The notes below the pieces were generated by a model. That model saw only the letters and a list, made by a program, of their open reading frames with translations. It did not search any database and was not told the origin of the DNA. Below, piece by piece: positions 1-9,993 of a stretch of DNA of 64,000 bases. The translations under genes and the position numbers were made by a program. Source of the DNA: Planctomycetota bacterium (GTDB lineage: Bacteria > Planctomycetota > J058 > J103); NCBI GenBank assembly GCA_026004615.1, contig BPJM01000001.1:251482-315481 (forward strand), written 5' to 3'. Positions within the stretch are counted from its first letter, which is position 1. Each line of letters starts with the position of its first letter.

Positions 1-1985
1 CCTTTCCCGCCAGCCCCACCTCGCAGGCCGATCTCGCGCTCGTCGGCGGCACCGTGCTCACCGTCACCCGCGGCACGATCGAACGCGGCACCGTGCTGGT
101 CCGCGGCGGGCGGATCGCCGCGGTCGGCCGCGAGCTGCCGGTGCCGCCCGGGGCGCGCACGATCGACTGCACCGGCCGCTACCTCATGCCGGGGATCATC
201 GATACCCATTCGCACATGGGGGTGTATCCCTGGACGATCGCGCGCGGCAACGCCGACGGCAACGAGGCCACCCAGCCGCTCACCCCGCACGTGCGCGCCG
301 CCGACTCGATCTACCTCGAGGACCCGGCGTTCGAGCGGGCGCGGGCCGGCGGGGTCACGGCGGTGCTGGTGATCCCGGGCAGCGCCAACCTGATCGGCGG
401 CGAGGGCGTGGTGCTCAAGCTGCGGCCGGGCGGCACGCTCGCCGCCATGCGGTTGGAGGGCGCGCCGCGCCAGCTCAAGATGGCGATGGGCGAGAACCCC
501 AAGCGCGTGTACGGATCGCGGGGCGAGATGCCCAGCACGCGCATGGGCAACCTGGCGTACCTGCGCGAGGCCTTCGCGCGGGCGCGCACTTACCGGGCTC
601 GCTGGCGCGAGTTCGAACAGGCGCGCGCGGCGGCGGCCGCGCGCAACGAGCCGCTCGGGCTGCTGCGCCCGGACTACGACGCGGAGCTGGAGCTGCTCGC
701 CCAGGTGCTGGAGGGCGAGCTGCGGCTGCAGGTGCACTGCTACACCCGCAGCGACATCCTGGCGCTCTTGCGCCTGGCCGACGAGGTGGGGCTGGAGATC
801 GCGGCGCTGCACCACGCGGTGGAGGCCTACAAGGTCGCCCCCGAGCTGGCGCGGCGCGGCATCGGGGTCTGCACCTGGGCGGACTGGTGGGGCTTCAAGC
901 AGGAGGCTTGGGACGCGATCCCGGAGAACGCGGCGATCTGCGCGCGCGCCGGGGTCACGGTGGCGATCCACTCCGACAGCTCCGCCCAGGTGCAGAAGCT
1001 CTATCTAGAGGCGGCCAAGACGATCGCGCACGGCATGAGCCCCGAGGCAGCGCTCGCCGCGATCACGATCGGGCCCGCGCGCATCCTGGGGATCGACGAC
1101 CGGGTCGGCTCCATCGAGCCGGGCAAGGACGCCGACCTGGCGGTCTTCTCGGGGCATCCGTTCACCGCCGCCGCCCGCGTCGAGCTCACGCTCATCGATG
1201 GCGAGGTCGTCTACGACCGCGCGGCCGCCGAGGCGAAGGGACCGCCCCTGCCGCCGCCCCTGCCCGAGCCGGCGCACGTGGTGATCCGCGGCGCGCGCGT
1301 GCTGCCGGTCGCCGGGGCGCCCATCGACAACGGGGTGATCGAGATCGCGGGCGGGCGCATCGTGGCGGTGGGCGGCCCGGCCACCCCGGTCTCCCCGCAG
1401 GCACGGGCGATCGAGGCGCGCGGGCGGACGGTGTTCCCCGGGCTGATCGACGCGTTCTCGCACGTGGGTCTGGTGGAGGTGGGGAGCGATCCAGCGCTGC
1501 GCGAGACCGACGCGATCGGCGGGCTCATGCTGCCCCACCTGCGGGTGACCGATGGCCTGCTGCCCGACAGCGAGACGGTGCGGGTGGCGCGCGCCGCCGG
1601 CGTCACCACCTGTCTGCTCGCGCCCGAGGAGCACAACGCCATCGCCGGCATGGCGGCGGTGGTGGATCTGCTGGGCGGCACGGTCGAGGACATGGTCGTG
1701 CTCGATCCGGCGGCGCTCTGCCTCAACCTGGGCACCAGCCCCGTCGCGTTCGGGCGCGAGCGGCGGGAGCTGGGCACGCGCATGGAGCTGGTGGCGCGGC
1801 TGCGCGCCTATCTGGTGGAGGCGGAGGAGTACGGCGCCCGCTGGGAGCGGCACGCGCGCGAGCGCGCGCGCTACAATGAGCGGTTCGGCCGCTGGCTGCG
1901 CGAGCGCGCGCGGCGGAAGCTCTGGGGCTGGCTCGCCCCGCCGGGTGCAGGCGAGGCGCGCCGGCGCAGCCGCGATGGCGACGGG
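1..1985 (+). CDS. amidohydrolase-family protein with two fused amidohydrolase domains, 5'-partial (frame-0 segment)
   Basis: Frame 0 is open from the window edge (..ADLALVGGTVLTVTRGTIERG..). Domain 1 has MPGIIDTHSHMG (HxH metal site) and GSIEPGKDADLAVF. A Pro-rich linker (GPPLPPPLPEPA) leads into a second amidohydrolase domain (VVIRGARVLP..FPGLIDAFSHVG). After about 1985 the frame-0 product becomes Arg/Gly/Pro junk until the stop at 2924. Confidence 0.75.
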
Positions 1986-2640
1986 GGGCGAGGACGCCGC
2001 GGGCGAAGAGGACCGCGATCCCGGGCTGCCCCCTGCCCCGCCGGCGCGCCGGCTCGAGCTGGAAGCGCTGCAGCCGGTGCTGCGCGGCGAGCTGCCGGTG
2101 CTGGTGCGCGCGCACACCGAGCGCGACATCCGGCAGGCGCTCGCGCTGTGCGAGGAGTTCGGCCTCAGGCCCATCCTCAACCACGGCACCGAGGCCTACC
2201 GGGTGGCCGATCTGCTGGCGGCGCGCGGGGTGCCGCTGGTGCTGGGACCGGTGACCACCCAGCCCTCCGGGGCGGAGACCTGGGGCGCGATCTACGAGAA
2301 CGCGGCGCTGCTCCAGGCCGCCGGCGTCCGCTTCGCGCTGCAGACCGCCTCCAGCCACGACGTGCGCCGGCTGCGCTGGGAAGCCGCGGTGGCGGTGGCG
2401 CACGGGCTCGATCGCGCCGCGGCGCTGCGGGCGCTCACCCTCGATGCCGCCCGCATCCTGGGGATCGATGCCGAGTACGGCTCGATCGAGGCCGGCAAGG
2501 TCGCCAACCTGGTGATCGCGACCGGCGATCCACTGGAGCCCCAGACCCGGATCGAGCGCGTGTTCATCCGCGGCCGCGAGGTGCCGCTAACCTCGCGGCA
2601 GACCGAGCTGCGCGATCGGTTCTGGCCCGAGACCCGCTGA
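1986..2640 (+). CDS. C-terminal part of the second amidohydrolase domain (frame 1; same gene as 1..1985 if one G of the G6 run at 1983-1988 is removed)
   Basis: The frame-1 translation ..EDAAGEEDRDPGLPPAPPARRLELEALQPVLRGELPVLVRAHTERDIRQAL..HGTEAY..GSIEAGKVANLVIATGDPLE..IRGREV is the natural continuation of the domain. Stop at 2638-2640. Confidence 0.7.
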
Positions 2641-2863
2641 GCGCCGCCCCGGGCGCACGCCGGCGTCCCCACCGCGCCGGCCGCCGCCCGGGGCGAGCAC
2701 CTACCCCGCCCGCGACCGCCGAACCGACCGGCCGCAGGCCGCCCACTGTCGGAGGCAGGGGCTACCATCCCGCTGCCGTCGAGCGGGGCGCGGGCGGCCG
2801 GGCGGGGGCGGCGACCCGCCCGCGGCCGGCGCCGCGTCACCGGCACCGGGGAGGCGGCCCGCC

Positions 2864-5284
2864 ATGGGCATCGAGGCGTTGCTGGCGGCGCTGCGGCAGG
2901 ACCCGCGGTTCATGGGGGCGGTGACCCACTGGGAGGTGGAGCCCGCCCGCCCGGCCAGCTGGGCGCCGTTTCCGGAAGCGATCGCTCCGGGCGTGCGCGC
3001 CGCCCTGGCGGCGCGCGGCATCGAGCGGCTGTACAGCCATCAGGCCGAGGCGGTGGCGCACGCGCTCGCCGGGCGGCACACGGTGGTGGTCACCCCCACC
3101 GCCAGCGGCAAGAGCCTGTGCTTCCACCTGCCGGTGCTGCAGCGGCTGCGCGAGCGGCCGGGCAGCCGCGCGCTCTATCTGTTCCCGACCAAGGCGCTCA
3201 GCCAGGACCAGGTGGCGGAGCTGACCGCGCTGGTGCGCGCGCTCGGCAGCGACTACCGGACCTACACCTACGACGGGGACACCCCGGCCGAGGCGCGCCG
3301 GCTGCTGCGCGATGGCGGGCACGTGGTGGTCACCAACCCCTATATGCTGCACACCGGCATCCTGCCCCACCACCCGCGCTGGACGAACCTGTTCCAGAAC
3401 CTGGGCTACGTGGTGATCGACGAGCTGCACACCTACCGCGGGGTGTTCGGCAGCCACGTGGCGAACGTGCTGCGGCGGCTGCGGCGGGTGTGCGCGCACT
3501 ACGGCGCGCAGCCCGTCTTCCTCTGCGCCTCGGCGACCATCGGCAACCCGCGCGAGCTGGCGGAGCGGCTGCTCGAGGTGCCGGTGGCGCTGGTCGAGCG
3601 CAGCGGCGCGCCGCGCGGCGAGCGGCACACGGTGCTGTACAACCCGCCGATCGTCCATGCGGAGCTGGGGCTGCGCGCCTCGGCGGTCGAGCAGGTGCGC
3701 CGCCTGGTGCGGCGCATGCTGCCGTTCGGGGTGCAGATCATCGTGTTCGCGCGCTCGCGCAACGAGGTCGAGGTGCTGGTCAAGTACGCCAAGGACGCCG
3801 CGGCGCGCGCCGGCCTGCCGGCGGAGGCGGTGGCCGGCTACCGCGGGGGCTATCTGCCGCGGCTGCGCCGCCGCATCGAGCAGGGGCTGCGGGCCGGCGA
3901 GATCCGCGTCGTCGTCGCCACCAACGCGCTCGAGCTCGGGGTCGACATCGGCGCGCTCGATGTGGCGGTCCTGACCGGCTATCCGGGCTCGATCGCGAGC
4001 TTTTACCAGCAGGCCGGCCGCGCCGGCCGCCGGCTGCGCCCGAGCCTGACGGTGCTGGTCGGCCGCTCGAGCCCGATCGACCAGTACCTGCTGCGCCACC
4101 CGCACGAGCTGCTGTACGCGCCCCGCGAACAGACCGTGATCGATCCGGACAACCTGCTGATCAAGGTGAACCACCTCAAGTGCTCGGTGTTCGAAGTGCC
4201 GTTCGGACCGGGCGAGAGCTTCGGCACCGCGGCGCCGCCGGCGCCGGCGGCGCCCGGGGGCGCGCGGCACGACCCGGCCGCCCCCGAGGTCGCGGCGCTG
4301 GAGGGCGGGCCGCGGCCGGACGAGACCCGACAGATCCTGGAGTATCTGGCGAGCGAGGCGCAGCTGCTCCATCGGGTGGGCGATACCTTCTACTGGATGG
4401 CGCAGGCCTATCCCGCCGAGGGGGTGAGCCTCGATACCACCGACGTCGACAACTTCATCGTCTACGACCTGGAGCGGCGGTGCGTGCTGGGCGAGGTCGA
4501 CCGGCCCAGCGCCATGACCGAGATCCACGAGGGTGCGATCTACGGCTGGCAGGGCGAGCAGTACCTGATCGAGCGGCTGGACTATCCAGGGCGGCGCGCC
4601 TATGCGCGCAAGGTCCAGTGCGACTACTTCACCCAGGCGGAGCTGGATCGCTCCATCAAGGCGCTGGCCGTGGATGCCGAAGCGCGGTTCGCCACCTACG
4701 AGGCCCGGCGCGGCGCGGTCGAGGTCACCACCCAGGCCACGCTCTACAAGAAGGTCCGCTTCTATACGCGCGAGAACGTCGGCGCGGGCGAGATCCATCT
4801 GCCGGCCGAGGTGCTGGACACCACCGCGTGCTGGTTCACGCTCGCCGCCCCGCTCGCCGCCCGCCATGGGCTGTTCGGCCCTCAGGCCGGCGCGCTGCTG
4901 GCGCTGCGCAACCTGCTCCAGCACACCGTGCCGCTGTTCGTGCGGTGCGATCCCAGGGACATCTGCGTCTGGAGCGAGGTACGCGCGCCCGCCTGGGGCG
5001 ACCGGCCGACGCTGTATCTGTTCGACCGCATGCCGGCCGGCAGCGGGCTCGCCGAGCGGGTGTTCGCGGCCCATCGCGCGATCTTCGCCACCATGCTGGC
5101 GGTGCTGCGCGACTGCCCCTGCCCGCACGGCTGTCCCGGCTGCGCCGGGGTCGAGCTGGAGATCGGCCCCGGCGCGAAACCCATCGCGCAACGGCTGCTG
5201 GCCGATCTGCTCGCGGATGATGCCGCCGATGGTCGCGCGCCCTCGCCCGGCCGGCTCGAGCTGCCCGCCGGCACGCCCGGTTGA
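2864..5284 (+). CDS. DEAD/DEAH-box helicase with C-terminal DUF1998/MZB zinc domain (MrfA/YprA-like)
   Basis: ATG at 2864 after GGGAGG. Motifs: SHQAEAV, TPTASGKS (Walker A), VIDELH (DExH), helicase-C region (VFARSRNEVE..ATNALELGVDIG..QQAGRAGR), C-terminal CPCPHGCPGC. Intact 806-aa ORF. Confidence 0.9.
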   Translation: MGIEALLAALRQDPRFMGAVTHWEVEPARPASWAPFPEAIAPGVRAALAARGIERLYSHQAEAVAHALAGRHTVVVTPTASGKSLCFHLPVLQRLRERPGSRALYLFPTKALSQDQVAELTALVRALGSDYRTYTYDGDTPAEARRLLRDGGHVVVTNPYMLHTGILPHHPRWTNLFQNLGYVVIDELHTYRGVFGSHVANVLRRLRRVCAHYGAQPVFLCASATIGNPRELAERLLEVPVALVERSGAPRGERHTVLYNPPIVHAELGLRASAVEQVRRLVRRMLPFGVQIIVFARSRNEVEVLVKYAKDAAARAGLPAEAVAGYRGGYLPRLRRRIEQGLRAGEIRVVVATNALELGVDIGALDVAVLTGYPGSIASFYQQAGRAGRRLRPSLTVLVGRSSPIDQYLLRHPHELLYAPREQTVIDPDNLLIKVNHLKCSVFEVPFGPGESFGTAAPPAPAAPGGARHDPAAPEVAALEGGPRPDETRQILEYLASEAQLLHRVGDTFYWMAQAYPAEGVSLDTTDVDNFIVYDLERRCVLGEVDRPSAMTEIHEGAIYGWQGEQYLIERLDYPGRRAYARKVQCDYFTQAELDRSIKALAVDAEARFATYEARRGAVEVTTQATLYKKVRFYTRENVGAGEIHLPAEVLDTTACWFTLAAPLAARHGLFGPQAGALLALRNLLQHTVPLFVRCDPRDICVWSEVRAPAWGDRPTLYLFDRMPAGSGLAERVFAAHRAIFATMLAVLRDCPCPHGCPGCAGVELEIGPGAKPIAQRLLADLLADDAADGRAPSPGRLELPAGTPG

Positions 5285-5397
5285 GCCCTTCCGGCGCCGC
5301 CGCGCGGCGAGCACGCCCCCCGGCCGCCCGCAGCCGGCCGGCGCTCGCGCTCGACCGCACGCTGCGGGGTGAGCCGGTGCGCGCGGAGGGAGCGGCC

Positions 5398-6729
5398 ATG
5401 AACCTGCGCGAACAGCTGCGCCGGCTCGTGCCGCCAGCGCCGCCCTCACCGCAGCCCGGGCTGCCCCGGCAGGCCGCCCGCCCGGAGCCGCCCGCCGCCA
5501 GCCCGCCGCCGCTCTTGCCGGTTGCCTCGGCCGAGCGCATCGAGCTGCGTGGCCCGCCCGGAGCGCGCTACTTCGTCCGGACGCTCCGCTTCGCCCCCGA
5601 AGCGCGCCACGGCCTGCGCCAGCTCGGCGAGCTGGCGGCGCTCGATGTGGCCTGGCTCGCCGAGCTCGCCGATGCCGAGCCGGTGCCGGGAGCGCCGGGC
5701 TCGCCGGTGTTTTTGGACGTGGAGACGACCGCGCTCGGCGGGGGGGCCGGGGTCTATGTGTTCCTGGTCGGGCTGGGGCGGCTCGAGCCCTCGGGATGGT
5801 TGCTGGAGCAGTGGCTGCTGCGCGAGCCGGCGGCCGAGCCCGCGCTGCTGGCTGAACTCGCGGCGCGCCTGCAGGGCGCGGCGCTGGTGGTCTCCTTCGG
5901 CGGCCGTTCCTTCGATGCCCGCATGCTGGCCGACCGCTTCCGGCTGCATCGGCTGCCCTCGCCGCTGCAGCGGCGCCACCATGCCGATCTCGCCACCCCG
6001 GCGCGGGCGCTGTGGCGCTCCCGGCTGGGCTCGTGCACGCTCCAGGCGATCGAGCGGCAGCGGCTGGGGATCGCGCGCACAGCCGACCTGCCCTCGGCGC
6101 TCTGCCCGCAGCTGTACTTCGACTGGTTGCGCCGACCGGGCGAGGAGCTGGCGCCCATGGCGCCGGTGCTCGCACACAACGCCGCCGATGTGCTGGCGCT
6201 GCCGGTGCTGGCGCTGGAGCTCGCCGCGCGCACCCGCCGCGGCACCGATCCCGCCGAGCGGCTCGGGCTCGGGCAGCACTGGCGCCGCCGCCGGCGCTGG
6301 GAGGCCAGCCGGCGCGAGCTGGAACGCAGCCTCGCGCTCGACCGCTCGCCGGGACATGCGCCGCTCGCTGCCCGCGAGCGCGCGATTCTGTTCGCCGAGC
6401 TGGGCCGCGTCTACCGCCGGCTCGGGCGATACGCAGAGGCGGCGCGCGCGTGGGCGGAACTGCTCCGGCTGCCCGAACCGCCGCTCGAGGCGCTGCTGGC
6501 GCTGGCACGCCTGGCCGAACACCGAACCCGCGAGCTGGTGCTCGCCGAGCACGCCGCCGCGCTGGCGCTCAGCCTGCTCAGGCGGCGTGCCGCCCGGCTG
6601 CCGGCCGAGCGAGCGGCGCGGCTGCAGGCCGAGCTCGTGCGGCGCCTGGAGCGGCTGGCCCGCAAGCGCGCGGCGGCGGCCGCCGCCGCGGGGCTCCGAA
6701 GCCGCCCGGCCGGCCCTAGCGCCGGTTGA
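5398..6729 (+). CDS. RNase H-like (YprB/MrfB-type) exonuclease domain protein with helical TPR-like tail
   Basis: ATG at 5398 after GGAGGG. VFLDVETTALGG..VYVFLVGLG is the N-terminal acidic motif of RNase-H-fold exonucleases, followed by ..HNAADVLALP. The C-terminal half is helical repeats (LFAELGRVYRRLGRYAEAARAW). It lies directly downstream of the helicase. Confidence 0.75.
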   Translation: MNLREQLRRLVPPAPPSPQPGLPRQAARPEPPAASPPPLLPVASAERIELRGPPGARYFVRTLRFAPEARHGLRQLGELAALDVAWLAELADAEPVPGAPGSPVFLDVETTALGGGAGVYVFLVGLGRLEPSGWLLEQWLLREPAAEPALLAELAARLQGAALVVSFGGRSFDARMLADRFRLHRLPSPLQRRHHADLATPARALWRSRLGSCTLQAIERQRLGIARTADLPSALCPQLYFDWLRRPGEELAPMAPVLAHNAADVLALPVLALELAARTRRGTDPAERLGLGQHWRRRRRWEASRRELERSLALDRSPGHAPLAARERAILFAELGRVYRRLGRYAEAARAWAELLRLPEPPLEALLALARLAEHRTRELVLAEHAAALALSLLRRRAARLPAERAARLQAELVRRLERLARKRAAAAAAAGLRSRPAGPSAG

Positions 6730-8530
6730 TGACCTTGACCTTGATGTCGCGGAAGTGGACCTCGGACTGCGGGTGCAGCGCGAAGCAGATCCCGCCGGCC
6801 AGCGAGTCCCGCATGCTGTCGTAGGCGATCTTGCGCGTGCGCCCGCCGGCCAGCATCTCCTGGAAGGCGTCCTCGTCGTAGCCGTAGACCAGCACCGTCA
6901 GCTTGTGCCAGTTGCCGTCCTTGACCAGCTCCGGCTCGAGCTTGACGAAACCGCGCCCGCTCGCGCGCACTCCGAGCGAGAACGAACCCCGCACCACCTT
7001 GTACTCGAGCTCGAGCAGATAATCCTGCCAGTCGGGCTTGCCCACCCCGGCGATGGCGCCGATCTCGCCGCCCCACTGCGACAGCGCCGCGCCCGCGGTC
7101 CCGTGCAGCTCCTTGTCGACCGGCTTCCAGCTCTCCTTGGGCGTCGGCTCGGGGAGCTTGTAGATCATGAGGTCGACGCCGAGGTTCTCCCACGGCATGC
7201 TGGCCAGGCGCGCCAGGTCGTCGCGCCGCTTCTGCGCGCGCTGGCGCTCGCGCTCGGCGGCCTGCTGGGCCTCCTTCTCCTTGATGCGGGCCACCGCCTG
7301 CTGCTGGGCCGCCTCGCTGCCCCCGCCGCGGTACTGCTCCCGCAGCGCCGCGATGCGCTCGCCCCACGTGGTGTCGCGGTAGCGCTCCAGATCGAAGCCC
7401 TCCAGCACCCCGAGCGCGCGCTCGTACTCGCCGGCCGCCGCGTACTGCTCCGCCTTGGCGAGCAGGGGCTCGGCCTCCGCCCTGGCCAGCGCCAGGCGCT
7501 CGAGCCGTTCGATCTCCGGCATCGCCTTGTCGGCCCACGCCTGCACGCGGCGGAAGCTGCCCGGCACCGCCGCCCACAGCTGGAGCGCCTCCTCCAGCTG
7601 CCCCTTGGCGGCGAGCGCGCCCGCCCGCTCTGCCACCTCGGCGATGCGGGCCGCGGCCGCCTGGTCCAGCTCGGTGCGCAGCCGCGCGATCTCGGCCTCC
7701 GCCTTGGTGGCCCACTCGCCGCTCAACTCCGCCCGCACCTCGCTCCAGCGCGCGATCGCCGCTGCGAGCTGTTCCGCTCGCGGCTCGCCCACCTCCGCCT
7801 GCGTCTGCTGGAACAGCCGCTCGGAGCGCGCGGCCGCCTCGGCCGCGAGCTGCTCGGCGCTCGGCCGCGCCGGGCGCGTGTCGGCCGCCCTCGGACCGGC
7901 GGCCATGACCGCCACGATGACGATCAGCACCCCGGCGGCCGCACACCCCCCGAGGATCAGCCCCATCGGCGGCCCGCTGCGGCGCGGCGCGGGCGCGCGC
8001 TCGCCCGAGCCGGAGCGGCCGCGCGGGGGCCCACCCGCCCGCCGCTTGAGCCCGCGCGCTCCAGCCCCGCCGGCCGCTCTGGCAGCTGCGCCCCCGGCGG
8101 CGCGCCGCTCGCCGGCCGCCTCCGCCGCTGGTGCGGCCGCCCTCGCCTCGCGTTGCGCCCGCACCGGCCTGCGCGCGGCGCCATTGGGCGCCCCTGCAGC
8201 TTCCTTCGCCCCTGCCTTGAGCCGCCGGCGCGCCGCGGCGCGCTGCGCGGGCGGCGAGCCCGCGCTCCTGGAGGCCGGGGCCTTGCGCCCGCCGGGCGCC
8301 GCCGCCGCAGGCGGCGCCTCGGGCGCAGCCGCCCCGGGCGCGGAGCGAGCACCGCCGGCCGCCGCGCCCGCTGCGGGCTCCTGCTCCTTCTTGCCGACCA
8401 GCGGCAGCACGTCGACCTTGCACTCGGCGCAGTAGTAGGCGTCGTCGACCTGCAGCGCCGCCCCGCCCGCGATGTCCTCGGCCGGGATCTTGGTGCCGCA
8501 GCTGTCGCAGTACCTGGAGACCACCCGCAA
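6716..8530 (-). CDS. membrane-anchored protein: N-terminal zinc ribbon, low-complexity linker, one TM, coiled-coil/TPR-like region, C-terminal DUF1080-like (concanavalin-type) domain
   Basis: TTG start at 8530 with AGGGGGA upstream. CDSCG..CAECK zinc ribbon. TM helix GLILGGCAAAGVLIVIVAVMAA. C-terminal ..WQDYLLELEYKVVRGSFSLGVRASG..GNWHKLTVLVYG..GICFALHPQSEVHFRDIKVKV resembles the DUF1080 beta-sandwich. The function call is inference. Confidence 0.7.
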   Translation of the reverse strand: MRVVSRYCDSCGTKIPAEDIAGGAALQVDDAYYCAECKVDVLPLVGKKEQEPAAGAAAGGARSAPGAAAPEAPPAAAAPGGRKAPASRSAGSPPAQRAAARRRLKAGAKEAAGAPNGAARRPVRAQREARAAAPAAEAAGERRAAGGAAARAAGGAGARGLKRRAGGPPRGRSGSGERAPAPRRSGPPMGLILGGCAAAGVLIVIVAVMAAGPRAADTRPARPSAEQLAAEAAARSERLFQQTQAEVGEPRAEQLAAAIARWSEVRAELSGEWATKAEAEIARLRTELDQAAAARIAEVAERAGALAAKGQLEEALQLWAAVPGSFRRVQAWADKAMPEIERLERLALARAEAEPLLAKAEQYAAAGEYERALGVLEGFDLERYRDTTWGERIAALREQYRGGGSEAAQQQAVARIKEKEAQQAAERERQRAQKRRDDLARLASMPWENLGVDLMIYKLPEPTPKESWKPVDKELHGTAGAALSQWGGEIGAIAGVGKPDWQDYLLELEYKVVRGSFSLGVRASGRGFVKLEPELVKDGNWHKLTVLVYGYDEDAFQEMLAGGRTRKIAYDSMRDSLAGGICFALHPQSEVHFRDIKVKVINRR

Positions 8531-8740
8531 CCGCGTATCCCCCTGCGCTCGCCCGCAGCCGCCGCCGTAGGGCCCATATCTTAAGCGAGAGCCCCGCCCC
8601 GATCAACGACCGCCGCACCCGGGCGGCGCGGCGGCGGCGAGCGGCTGCCCTCCGCCGGCGGCGGCTCCCCCGCGGGCGTGCAGCAGGTTACCATGGCGCG
8701 CGGGGCGGCCGCAGCGCCGCCGCGAGCGGGAGGAGAACGA

Positions 8741-9923
8741 ATGATCCCGGCGGACTACGAGTACGAACGGGGCGTGGAGATGGATGGGCCGCGCCCCCGC
8801 TCCGGGCGCCGCCCGCCGGCCGGGCTGCGGGGCGTGCAGGTGGCGCTGTGGCTGGCGTGCGCGGGCCTGCTCGTGCTGCTCGGCCTGGAATCGGGCCTGT
8901 TGCGCCCGCTCGTGGTGCCGCACGTCGAGCCCCGGCCGGTCACCCCCGCGCGGGCAGCTCTCCGAGCTGGAGCGCTCGCAGATCGAGCTGTTCGAGCGGG
9001 TCTCGCCGAGCGTGGTCTACATCACGAACGTCGCGGTGCGGCGGGATGTGTTCACCTTCAACCTGTTCCGCATCCCCCAGGGCACGGGCAGCGGCTTCAT
9101 CTGGGACGAGCATGGGCACATCGTGACCAACTACCACGTGGTCGAGCGCGCCAACGAGATCATCGTACGGCTGGACGACGAGACCGAGCTGCGCGGCCGG
9201 CTGGTGGGTGCCGCCCCGGACAAGGACCTCGCGGTCATCAAGGTCGATGCCGGGCTGCGAGCGTTGCGCCCGATCGCGCTCGGCACCTCCGAGGATCTGC
9301 GCGTCGGCCAGCTCGTGTATGCGATCGGCAACCCGTTTGGACTCGACCGCTCGATGACCTCGGGCATCGTCAGCGCGCTGGGACGCGAGATCGAGTCCGC
9401 AACCGGACGCGTGATCGAGGGCGTGATCCAGACCGATGCGGCGATCAATCCCGGCAACTCGGGCGGGCCGCTGCTGGACAGCGCCGGGCGGGTGATCGGG
9501 GTCAACACCGCGATCTACAGCCGCACCGGGCAGTATGCCGGGATCGGGTTCGCCGTACCGGTGGATACCGTGCGCCGGGTCGTGCCGCAGCTCATCGCGC
9601 GCGGGCGCCTGGTCCGGCCCTCGCTCGGAGTGCGGGTGGCACCCGACCACATCACGCGCCGCCTGGGGCTGGAGGGGGTGCTGGTGCTGGAGGTGGTGCC
9701 CGGCTCGGGGGCGGAGGCGGCGGGTCTGCGGCCCACGCGCTCGGTCCGCGGGCAGCTGGTGCTGGGCGATCTGATCGTCGCCATCGGCCAGCATCCGGTG
9801 CGCCGGACCGATGACCTGCTCAACGCGCTGGAGCTGTACCAGCCCGGCGAGAGCGTCACCGTGACCGTGCTGCGGGGCGAGGAGCGGCACGAGCTGCAGG
9901 TCGAGCTGGGACCGGGGACCTAG
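8741..9923 (+). CDS. htrA: HtrA/DegP-family serine protease with PDZ domain; apparent 1-nt frameshift at the C5 run 8943-8947
   Basis: ATG at 8741 after GGGAGGAG gives a signal anchor (VQVALWLACAGLLVLLGL) in frame 2. The protease body is in frame 0 from about 8948: ELFERVSPSVVYI, GSGFIWDEHGHIVTNYHVV (His), DLAVIKV (Asp), GNSGGPLLD (Ser), then PDZ (GVLVLEVVPGSGAEAAGL). Removing one C from the run joins ..EPRPVTPRGQLSELE... Confidence 0.85.
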
Positions 9924-9993
9924 CGGCCGCCGGCGCCGCTACCCCTCGCCCGCAGGACCGCCTCCCGGCCTCGCCACCCGCGCCGCGGCCTGC

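Noticed and set aside
1900-1990. Programmed ribosomal frameshifting as an explanation for the broken frames (here and at 8943, 27498, 51488, 57438).
   Set aside because: There are no slippery heptamers or downstream pseudoknots. The sites are plain G/C homopolymers in unrelated genes and are all fixed by deleting one base. This fits sequencing error.
2837-6508. 1223-aa minus-strand ORF antisense to the helicase and exonuclease genes. Similar giant ORFs: 6411..8618(-), 5522..8584(+), 26842..29367(-), 14072..16108(-).
   Set aside because: The translations are monotonous Arg/Ala/Gly/Pro strings with no motifs. They are the expected stop-codon-poor antisense or off-frame readings of ~70% GC coding DNA. 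The overlapping frames carry clear domain signatures.
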